Below, piece by piece: positions 44,200 through 54,616 of a stretch of DNA of 64,000 bases. Below the pieces are notes generated by a model, which did not search any database, was not told where the DNA came from, and saw only the letters and a program-made list of their open reading frames with translations. The position numbers and the translations under genes were made by a program. This DNA comes from Selaginella moellendorffii (taxonomy: Eukaryota > Plantae > Lycopodiophyta): positions 1,822,529 through 1,886,528 of the forward strand of contig NW_003314267.1 in NCBI RefSeq assembly GCF_000143415.4, in the 5' to 3' direction. Each line of letters starts with the position of its first letter. Positions within the stretch are counted from its first letter, which is position 1.

Positions 44200-44951
44200 T
44201 ATGTTAGTTAAAGAACATCATCAAGGGTGCTAGGGCAAATGTATACACAGGCCTTACAAGATCTTGATAAAGTGTTGTTCATGACATGCCTAACTTAATG
44301 CACTCATGGGGTGATTTTGATATTTGCATGAGTTTCTTGTTTTCAAAACATAGCATTGTAGTGGTACAATAGTTTGCCTGTGGCCACTTTTTTTGATGGA
44401 AACCTTCTAAACATTTTCAAGTATGTATTTGGACATGTTAATTATTATACAGATGAAGTATATTTTCTTCATCAAGGGACTGTTTGAGTCCATTATGCAT
44501 TTTTGTGTTTTTCAAGACTTCCAAAGAAGAAATCCAAGGATTAGTAATAAAAGTAGAAGGAACTATACTATATATTATATATTGCTATTAGTTGTATTTG
44601 ATTGTCCAATTGAAATAACATAACATCAAATAATTAAACCAACTACTGCTCTAAAGTTAAAGGAGGAGGAAGAAATAGAAAAGCTATGAAAACAAGAGAG
44701 ATTTAGCCTATGCAAAAAATGAGATTTAAAAAAAATTCAAAAATCCAAGTACTCCTCAAGGATAACCCCTCATCTCCACTAATATAAGTGTATAGAATAT
44801 AGAAATAAATGAAAGCCATATTTGTATAGTATTACACTATATAAACTAGAAACACAAAAATTTCCTCTAAAGCACTACAACTCATGGCTGCTAAAATCCC
44901 ACTATATTAATAATAATATATGGCATTGTATTTGTATACCTAGACCTCACA
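44200..44951 (-). mobile_element. Highly degenerate gypsy family A 5' relic (gag remnant, PBS, LTR ~44783-44951)
   Basis: Similarity to 20130-20210 and 28800-29270, including AAAATCCCACTA and ...CCTCACA. Confidence 0.6.
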
Positions 44952-45331
44952 CTTTATTCATAAATAAACAAAGAAATAATATTGTATGATAACTTAATTG
45001 TCCTACTTTCTAACATAACCTAAAGGCAAATATTGCTAATATAAATTTAAACTTATAATAAAATTTAGTATTAATTTATGAAAGAGATTTATAAGTTAAA
45101 TTTTATTGCATCAGGACCTAATAAACAGTGTTTTTGCACCTACCACCTGAGACAAGTCGTGGAACTCGAAATTACTTGCCTGTATGACCTGCCAATGCAG
45201 ATGGAATGACCTGTCAGTGGCTTTAAATGCTCACGCGGAGATTTGCTCTTCACCGCGTGCAAGTCAAACTCACGAGAGTTTTAACTTGGATGCACAGCTT
45301 GTCTGAAGAATTATCTTTTGAGGGCCCATTC

Positions 45332-45705
45332 ATGTCGTCTCCAACTGTAGCAGCACAAAAAAACCTCCTCGTTGCCACGCTTGTGCTTCTTCTCGTAGCG
45401 ATTTCTAGCGGGAACACCAACAGCAAATCACCCGTGGTATGTATGAAAATCTTCCAGCTTACCTAAGATGTTTGATGGTTTTCCAGAGCAAAGGCAGGAT
45501 GTTTCGCCAAGACTATCCCGATGTCGATCCAAGCCCTCGGTCATGGGTACCAGTGAGACCGGGAAAAGTCTCCTACAAAAGGCTCGTTCCTAGCCCTCCT
45601 CCACCTCCAAAAAGTTCGCTCTCGCCTCCGCCGGCACCAAGTCCTCTCCCGGAACCACAGGGACGTCGGAGGACCAAAAGGACGTTGCCAAGCTCACGAA
45701 ATTGA
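45332..45705 (+). CDS. Small secreted peptide precursor, TWS1/CIF-like (DY sulfation motif, Pro-rich tail), 107 aa
   Basis: Exons 45332-45436 and 45487-45705 (50-nt GT-AG intron, phase 0); signal peptide LLVATLVLLLVAISS; GRMFRQ-DYPDVDPSPRSWVPVRPGKVSY-KRLVPSPPPPP. Confidence 0.65.
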
Positions 45706-47539
45706 CGTCTTCACCAGCCAAGTGTATCAGAGTTTCCAGTCGTAAAGCCAACGAGTGATTGCAGAGCCAGCCTCGCTCCTGACTTGTTCCAATGGATTTT
45801 TTGGAAATTCTAAGTCGAAGTTTCCTTCTTCCGGCTTGAATTACACCTAGTCATGCTGCGACACCTCGAAGAGCTTGCCTGCACAGTCGTCTTCCGGCTT
45901 GAAAGATACCGAGTCCACCTCAAAGAGCTTGTCTGGACTGTCGTATCCTTGGTTGTATCCGACCTCCGAGATATCAAACCGCCAGCCGACCTGAGTTCTT
46001 CTTGATCTGAGTTCTTCGCAGTCGAATGGCCGTCGTCTTCAAGCTGTGAATCGTTTCCATCTATCGAATGCAGTCCCAATGTATCCTCGTGACTTCAAAG
46101 CTCAATTTTTCTTCTTCCGGAATATAGCGACGAGAGTAAGTCCTGGAACAGCTGGCCTGGACTCTGTCTCGATACTCTGGCTTGAGAGATCTACATTCCG
46201 GAGCCGTCCAGCACTCCATGCCGATCTTGGCATCTCCTTGACGTTCCAGTTTTTCAGGTCTGAATCTCCGTCGGCTGTGAATGACTCTCAACATGCCCCG
46301 CCCAATCTGCATTATTGTCATCCGGAACTCCACGCTAATTCCGTCATCTCCTGGATATTCCAGTTCTTCAAAGTGAGAATTTCTTTTGTCTTCAAGCAGC
46401 AAGGGACTTCAAGTGGAAGTAGTTTATGGCCTTTTTGCTCGCACGAGATGGCCGGATTAACGACTCTAGGAGGCCTGGAAAATAAAATTTCCGGATTTCT
46501 AGATTTTGGGAGAATCTGTTTTTCCCAAGTGCCCAATGAACTTTTGTACCATTAAAGAATTCTCAACTGGATACAAAGAATCACAACATGATGTGAATAT
46601 CGTTTCTTTATACATGGTTTTTTAATATTTTTTTTATATGTTTTTCATGTAACTCTCGCAAAAACTATATAGTTTGAAGAAAATGAAACTAGGTGAACCA
46701 ATTATGCATATAGTTTGCATATACATGTTTTGACATGATTTTATCAAAGCATAGTTATAAAACTAGAAATGAATCTAGTTATCAGAAGTATATTATATAT
46801 TTAATAATTTGCTGTGTGTTGCATGCAATAAAGTTTGGTTTGCTTATTAATATTTCTTCTTAGTTATTAATCATATTGATCAATTGAAAATTTCATAGTT
46901 ATGAACATATTTATAATTTGGATTAATCTTAAACATTAGAATAAACTAGAATATACTAGAAAGTGTTTAGGAATTTTATAAATTATAAATACATGATTAA
47001 TATAAATAAATAAAAACCATTAGATGATAGAATATCCAAGAATATTTTAGGTATATCCACTACTATATTTAAGCAAACAAAAAATGAACCTACTTTTTAC
47101 TGTAGTTAAAATATGATTATTGCCTAAACTTTGAAAGACACTTCATTTATTTTATTTGAAGGGCTGAGATTAAAGATGCCCTTCATGTTGCAAGGTTCAA
47201 ATAAAAAATTACACTTCTTAAGAAAGGTAGAAAAATATTTTAACTATCAAAACAATATGTATCAATTAATTACTTGTGATGATAAATCAATTTAGGATAA
47301 CAACATTAAAATTTCTGTATGGTTATTATGATTATTCTTATAGCATGGTAATAAAAGACATAATAAAATTTTCCATCCAAATCTGTTAATTATTGTAGAA
47401 CATTTAAATCACCATTAAACACATATAACTCTACCACCAAATTTAGCCATTAATTACCCTTTTATGGCAATAAATATATGGTTATGCATGGGAGCATTAT
47501 ATATTTACATATATGCAAATTTGTTTTTTTGGTTTTAAG

Positions 47540-47701
47540 TGTAATGCACATTATCTCTTTCCCCTTAAACCAACTGGAAAAGGGATAATTGTTTGATAAG
47601 AGAACCCTTAGTGGCTATTTTATCCCCATTTATCCCCCAATGTTCTAAAGATTCACGGTGACAGTATATCCAAATTTTATCCTATGATCACATGCACTAC
47701 A
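47540..47701. repeat. Short TG..CA-bounded repeat (MITE or solo LTR); second partial copy at ~42215-42334
   Basis: Imperfect terminal inverted repeats TGTAATGCAC/GCACTACA; the two copies share internal sequence. Confidence 0.5.
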
Positions 47702-48605
47702 TTAAGTTACATGCAAAAATATTATGCACACAATCACATTTCAATTGCTATATAAGAAAATGAAACATGATTATGTGTATAATTTTTTTATAATGGGATA
47801 TGCCATGGAGCATGACATCTTAGATTGTCATGCAAGACATCTCAAACAACATAAAATCACCACAAATTTAGCAAGGCTTTTTCAGTTTCATTCTTGTGTT
47901 TTTTAGTGTAAATTTGTGATTTTTTAATTGTGATCAATCTCTCTCCTCTTTTGCACATTATATCATTTGCCTTTCATTTCACATGGCTATGCCTCATTTC
48001 CCATAGCTTGGAGGTATATTCAATTGTAACATGCACTAATGTAAGTATAGTGCTTTGATTGCTCTTTCAAGTGCTTTTTATTTATCATGAGTTATTTGCA
48101 ACAACACTTTAATTTAGATAGCGATTGATTAGTGTAGAGGTGGGCGTGATTGATTAAAAGTGCAAAAGTGAGTGTAAAATGTTTTATTGAATATTTAAGG
48201 TGTTGAATGCAATGGTTTTTCTGTGAGAAAGTGGATCTTTTTGTCAATACAATAAAACATCAGTTTTATTGATTTTTCACATTCTTAATCACACATACAT
48301 ATTTACAATGATTTGTTGTGCTTGGGCATGTTAGTTTGTTATACTAGAAGGTATTTGGTGTAGTTTTATTATTTTTACTGATATATAAAATTGATATGAG
48401 TTTTGGTAAAAAAAAAAAAAGTGAAACTGATATGCATTTTATATAGTAGTTTTACTTCATGGTTTTTCTTACTAGTTTGATATGTAGTTTATAACAGTTA
48501 TTTTATATACTAGTTCAACATATAGTTTGATATATAACATTTCTAGTTCATTACAGTTTTGTAGGTTCCCTACTGGCATCGTGGAGGAGATAAAGTTCCA
48601 GTGCC

Positions 48606-50306
48606 TTATCTGAACCCAGCCGCTGTAGGCCAAGAGTTGCTTTGTTCTTCAGCTGGTTCAACAGTGTCACGTCGTCTCACCATCTCAGCCAATAAGCGCT
48701 GCATACGAGCCTGCAGCTTCTCATTAGGCAGGTGACTGCAAACAGACACGTCAGTGGAGAAGCAAAGGAATATTTCATTTTCTTACCTTAGTTCTTCCTC
48801 CTCCACTTCAGGAGCCCCACTCACGCGGCCTTGCAACTTGATGAAGGCGTTCCGCCTCCAAAATGCTCTTCTGGCATCGTCGGGCCGCCATGATAGTACT
48901 TTATCACCAACGACGACTCTTAGCATGGCCTCCATAAAGAAATGAGACTCCGGACTCGAATAGCTGGAGTTCCCAGTTGGTAAGGGGTACCACTAGAAAG
49001 AACAAAGTACAAGATTGAATTGCGCAAAATTAAATTGACCATACCTTTTCAGCGATATAGAAGTCCCCCACAAGGTATTTGTTCGTGGGATATCGCTTGG
49101 GATGATAATCATTCCAAAGTTCCAGTTCTGCGATTCCATCGTCAAGGGACTTGATCAAATCCGATTCGCTCTTGGGCTCTACTCCTTTCTCGTCGCAATG
49201 TTCTGCAAAATACTGATGAAGAACAAGGTTTCAGGCACAGCCTCATCATGTACCGGTATAGCGAAGATACGAGGCTGGCGAGATTGTGTTTTCGGAGACT
49301 TCCACGAGGCCATGCACGTCTAGAACACCATACGTGTAAGAGGAGCCACCAAAGATAGGAAGGTAGACTGGGTCGTAGTGGCCATGGGCAATGTTGTGCC
49401 GAACTTCGACTCGGCCATACCCAACATTCTGTGAGCATAGAAACTAAAATAAGCAAAAGAAATGAGAAAAATGGAAGCCTGCACCTGAAAGACTGCTTGG
49501 TCGCATTCATTTGCCTTACACTCAGCGATGAAGGGGCACAGCTCGGACTTCAGTTGGCCCTTCTTCCTCTTGGATAGCTTTGGATCTTTGAAAACGCAAG
49601 GCTTGTGTGTCCTGAACTTGATGTCCGTCCTCGCGTGCTCCGGCAAACCAAGCTCATCCTCGTTCGCCTCGGTAACTCCTTCCCTCTCAGATCCCGTAGA
49701 AAAGCTGGAAGTATCCTGTAACAGTCATATACTTCCTGTCATCTCTCATTACATGCAAGCATACGTACCATGATGCCAATCTCCACAGCGAAGCCTTGGA
49801 GAGCGTCGTCGTCAAGCTGCTGCAAGTGCTGGACCGTTTGCAGCCCATTCATGTCACCACGCATTCGGAGCCTTTCCTTAAGATCCCGAAGCTCCGTTTC
49901 GGAGGGGGTGGACATCCAGTAGAACATCTCAACAAGGGCGAGATGCCACGGCCGCATGTTCCCCTCGGTTCTCTGCTTGGCGTAGACGCTAGCATCACAA
50001 GGCCCTCAGTTAGTATCAAACAAGCCCAGGAGCAAAAGGGTTCTCTCGGACAACGAACCTTTCCACCACTGCGAGGCGCTCCCACAGGAGGCTTGCGACG
50101 GTATCCACTGTGTCTTTGGCTATCAAGCCGCCAAAGAATTTGTTCTTTGTGCCCAGTGCTTGCAGCGAGCCCTCCGTCTCCCAGATCGTGACAAAGGGCT
50201 CCACTGCCCGCAACACCCCAATGTGGTACGAGCTTTCTGGCACATCGAATGGATTTCCTTCCCTTCCCTTACCAGTATCGGCGCTGCGCTTGCGCTTCCC
50301 CGCCAT
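48606..50306 (-). CDS. Orphan 7-exon gene, 455 aa, with N-terminal NLS and putative PD-(D/E)xK nuclease core
   Basis: Exons 50306-50059, 49988-49769, 49715-49485, 49428-49254, 49202-49045, 48992-48787, 48735-48606; all GT-AG with compatible phases and no stops. Motifs KRKR and RTD..FIAECK..DQAVFQNVGY. Confidence 0.75.
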
Positions 50307-50714
50307 TAGGGTAAACGATAGTTCTTAAAATTTACATATGCCATGATCGGACGGTCGGTTATGCATGTTTACCTTTTGGGTGAGTTTCTTTTTTAAATAA
50401 CTTTTGCTTAGCTAGAATATTCGACAAATATTGCTGGGAAACAACTCAAGGTACCTATATCATTTGAAGAACCTGGTTTTGCCTGCTCGATTTTCAGGCT
50501 CAGCAGCAATGTCCGAGCAGACTCTCATCGACCAATAGCTGAGCTCAATGATAAAGATTGATTCCAGGAGATGGATATATTCTTTTTTTCGCCTCCCGAT
50601 AGCCCTCTTCCTCCATTTTCTCGTTCTTCGAATCCTCTCCTACCGCAAGCCCCTGGCGGCGCCGGAGAACGCATCGATGCTGCCAGAGATGTTCCCGAGC
50701 AATCTGTTAAAAAA

Positions 50715-50940
50715 AAAAAAGCTTGAAGCGGAGAAGAGAAACAAAAAAAGAGAAAATTACCTCTTGCGACGCTGGAGAACGAAATCCTCAGCTGTGCCTC
50801 GCAGAAGTTGTATTGTCTCGCCACGAATGGGCCAGCCTCGATCCCCTGGCGGTGTTTGTATGGAACCACTCTTTCTTCTTGAAGATACAAGGAATGCAGC
50901 CGCCACAGGGATCACAAGCAGCAAGGAGAGCCATAACCTC
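50715..50940 (-). pseudogene. Frameshifted first-exon duplicate of the P450 at 33877-35641
   Basis: Near-identical to 35430-35645 (TPPGDRGWPIRGETIQLLRG), with an 11-nt deletion after the ATG; truncated in intron 1. Confidence 0.85.
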
Positions 50941-51242
50941 TCTCCTTGGAACCTGATAGCTTCTTGCAATGTTTCGGACCAAAACCTGATAGCTTCTTGC
51001 AATGTTTCGGACCAAACGAGGACTTCTGTAACTTTTTCCGTTTCGGCAATTTCTCAAAAGAAATGCCGCCTATATGTTACTCATCAAACGAGAATCTGGA
51101 ACAAGCTAAATGTCTTTTGACAGCATAAGAAACGTTGGCATCACCTCGAGCGAGCTATTTAATCTGCATTTTCCAGTTATTGACACGTCTGTAAATCCAC
51201 AAAATTATAAGATCGATCATAAGCAGCTAGCTTAGCTTAGCT

Positions 51243-52333
51243 TCAAAGCAAGTGCTTTCGGAACCAAGCTATAAAGTCTTCGTGAGCCTCCTCTGCGTTC
51301 TTCACGGCGGTTTCGCTATTCACATCGTAGCGGACAGTCCAGCCATGAGCAGTTCCTGGGAAAACCTTGACAAAGTGATCCTGCGGAGGCAAGGGATTGT
51401 CAGATGAACATAGAGAAAGAACAAGAAAATGAGTGGAAGGAGAAAACTTTACCTGGTTTCCATGCTCGAGGTGTTTCTTAAATTCATTCACCATATCTAC
51501 TGGCGTTACATGATCGGTTTCAGCGGCGAGGATCGCCAGTGGTGCCTTGCATGCTGCATAGAAAATTTCTCTCCACTTCTTAGCATTTAGCAAGGAGAAA
51601 CAGCGGAAACTTGGCCAACCTTTTATATCGTCTATAGTAACCATCGAAGGGTGGCACATCACAAGTGCATTGCAGGTGGTTTCCTTGGAAGCAAGGATTA
51701 CAACCTTGGCTGCAAGAAAAAAAAAGAGAGTAAAAAAACGCGTTCTTTCTCTGGGACGAAAGAACAATGAAGAAGATTACCTCCCCAGCAAAATCCGGAT
51801 AAGCCTATAGAAGTTATGCCTTTGGACTGAAGCACAGACACAAGCTTCTTGCAGTCTTCCAGTGGCTTGAGCTGGATCAAAAACAGAAAATCAATCGACA
51901 AATCGAATAGAGAGAAGCAAAAAGCTTTACGTGGGGTTTATGGCCTTGAATCCATGTTTGAAACGGCACGGAAGCATCGGGATCGAAGACATCCCCGTAC
52001 AAAAGATCAGGAGCCACGGCAACAAATCCAGCAGCCGCGACTTTGTCCGCGAGCTTCCTGAGAGCAAAGGAAGGAGAAATCAAGAGCAAAATGAGAATGC
52101 CGCCATATACCTGAACAGTGGAGTCTTCCATCCTGATTGCCGGAAAGAAAATTTAGTCCTAGGAATCAAAGCTAGGGATGGAAATTACCAAAGACATCGG
52201 AGACCAGAATGACTGCGGCAGTGGAGGACGCCGGGTGATTGACATAGACATCGATTCCCTCCCAGGATTCTTCGCCGCCAACGGAAGAATGCGTCGATGG
52301 AGGAGCCGGAACGCAGCACTCGGGGCCAGCCAT
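51243..52333 (-). CDS. Dienelactone hydrolase family (endo-1,3;1,4-beta-D-glucanase-like) protein, multi-exon
   Basis: MAGPECC start, SDVFG, LRKLADKVAAAGF..APDL, GFCWG nucleophile motif, AETD, FPGTAHGWTVRY. Confidence 0.9.
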
Positions 52334-52723
52334 AGCCAGATATTTTGCGAAAAACCTAGGTAAGAACAAACAAAATAAAGGTAAACTCCTATCGACCAAA
52401 CCTCGAGATCCAAGAGCTTGGCGTGCTCTGGAATCAATGAATCCAGTTCCAGTCTGTGGAAGAATTGCCAACAAGAAATTAATGGATCCATCAATCACGC
52501 ACAAGAAAGAAGATAATTGGCAGACCCATCATTGAATGAACCGTTCATTGAAAATTCTATTATCTTCTACTAGCACATCCCTCGAAAGCCTGCAATCGCC
52601 TTAAGCTTCCAGGAAATCTTCGTGATCTTCCAAACAATTCATGATCTTCTACTAGCACACTTTTGCGCCATGACTTCCAAAAATTTTCTACAGTGAAGTG
52701 GGAATCACAAGAAAAAATTGGTG

Positions 52724-52808
52724 TCCGATCTGCTGGAATCGAACCAGCGGCCTAAGGATTTCTGGAGCGCACTACAGTCCTCCGCTCTACCAACTGAGCT
52801 AAGATCGG
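52724..52808 (-). tRNA. tRNA-Tyr(GTA), 12-nt intron
   Basis: Intact cloverleaf; intron tgcgctccagaa; T-run terminator downstream. Confidence 0.92.
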
Positions 52809-52906
52809 ATGCTTGAACAAGGCTCTGACAAGAAGAAAGTTGTCAGTGCTCGAATATGCAATGCCTATTGCATATAGAGGAGTGATCAAATTGTAAGCAA
52901 CCACTC

Positions 52907-52992
52907 TCCGATCTGCCGGAATCGAACCAGCGACCTAAGGATGTCTGACCAGACACTACAGTCCTCCGCTCTACCAACTGAGCTAAGATCGG
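52907..52992 (-). tRNA. tRNA-Tyr(GTA), 13-nt intron
   Basis: Intact cloverleaf; intron tgtctggtcagac. Confidence 0.93.
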
Positions 52993-53202
52993 CTTGGGAA
53001 AAAAATCCCATTTAAGATTAATTAAGCGGAAGGGTCCCCTTGAAGAATATCATTCGAGCCTATCCGAAGGGATAAAGCGAAGAAATATCTCTACCCGTAG
53101 AGTTCTCTTTTTCTAGCTATCGCTTCTACCTAGCTGACTGGCAGGTGGATAGATCCAGGATTTGGAGGGCTAGGGTTCCTTGGCGCGTGGGATCGAGAAG
53201 CG

Positions 53203-53913
53203 ATGAAGCCTAGCCGGAGCGATGAGATCCAGTCCCCCGAGGCCGAGCAGCGGCGCGCAAAGGAGGTCCAGGCGCACTTTGAATTGATGGCGCCCAAGCG
53301 CCCGATCAAGCCGGCGCGCAGCGAGCCTAGCAGCAATGCTGGAGGTGCCATAGCTGCTGCTGACGCTCCGGCGGATCAGCAGATTCCAGAGCACGCCAAG
53401 CTCTTGGATCTCGAGGTTCGGTCGGAGGTATGGGATTCTTTGAAGATCGGGATTTCGCAAGAGAGTGGCTGAAATTCTTTTTCTTCCAGCCTTTGATCAC
53501 TCGTGGTGGGCTTGTTGGAGACGAGAGCTACGCCGAGAACGAGTACTACAAGGATTTGATCGCGGCGGAGAATGGGCAGCATCACACGGTCAGTCAGTCC
53601 TTCGCTGCTGCCAATTATCTTCTTTCTTGTGCGTGATTGATGGATCCATGAATTTCTTGTTGGCAATTCTTCCACAGACTGGAACTGGATTCATTGATGC
53701 GGGGGCTGCTCAAGGTTCCTCATTCCAGCTTGTGGATGATTATGGCAACGCTCCATTTTCATCCAATTCTGTCAAATCCAACCCCGCAACCAACGATTGG
53801 GTGCCTGCTCCGGTAAGAAATTCGCGAATACCAGGCCTCGATTCTCACTGATTGGGATCAAACACTGCCAGGGACTGGCACCATCGACCAAACCACGACG
53901 ACGAAGCGATTAA
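53203..53913 (+). CDS. MEE59-like protein, 4 exons
   Basis: KPSRSD, APKRPIKPARSEP, IPEHAKL, ENEYYKDL, QHHTTGTGFI, KSNPATNDWVP. Confidence 0.75.
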
Positions 53914-54021
53914 AAACACAAATCAAAGAAGACGCAAAGAGAAGATAAGATTGTTTATTCTATTGAAAGCAAAGGAACACAAATAAAACAAGGCAAGTGA
54001 ATCTTTGTCATAATCGTCACC

Positions 54022-54094
54022 CGCCGCCTGTGAGAATCGAACGCACGACCACGTGGTTAAAAGCCACGCGCTCTACCTGCTGAGCTAAGACTGC
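54022..54094 (-). tRNA. tRNA-Lys(TTT), with acceptor-stem and T-stem mismatches (possible pseudogene)
   Basis: GCAGTCTTAGCTCAGCAGGTAGAGCGCGTGGCTTTTAACCACGTGGTCGTGCGTTCGATTCTCACAGGCGGCG; A-G and C-T mismatches. Confidence 0.8.
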
Positions 54095-54616
54095 TTAGCA
54101 ATAATGCGACACTCATAATCCGGAATGCGATATTTGGAAGCTCAAGTACGCAGCGGGCTTGAATGAGCAATAAGAAACCAACATGTAAATAGATTGATTG
54201 ATCAAACATGATCCAAACACAATAGATAATAGCAAGAACCACAAAAGATAATAGGAAGATCTCTCTCTCTCAGACACACACACACCCTCATACACGCAAA
54301 AGAAAGAAACAAACAGCAGCAAGCACACATATATTACCTGGGAGGCCAGCGCTCTCTCAACACGGACCTTGGTGCAAATCGAACTTCCCAGCGGCAGAAT
54401 AAAAAGTCCGATCCTCTTCCTTTGGCTGACCTCACCAGTAGAGCAGCAAGACTTAAGACTTAGACCATACGATAGATACGCAGACCAAACCGTTGAAAAC
54501 CCCCCATCTTCTTCTCCTTCGCAAGATTCTCCATCGTCCTTTCCCTCGGCTGGAGCTTCCAAACTTCTTCCAAAAGGAAGAACTTTGATCGATCGAGCTC
54601 GAGCTCGAGCGCGAGC

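Noticed and set aside
45800-46555. Overlapping ORFs and short duplicated motifs downstream of the peptide gene
   Set aside because: No recognisable domain or consistent exon chain.
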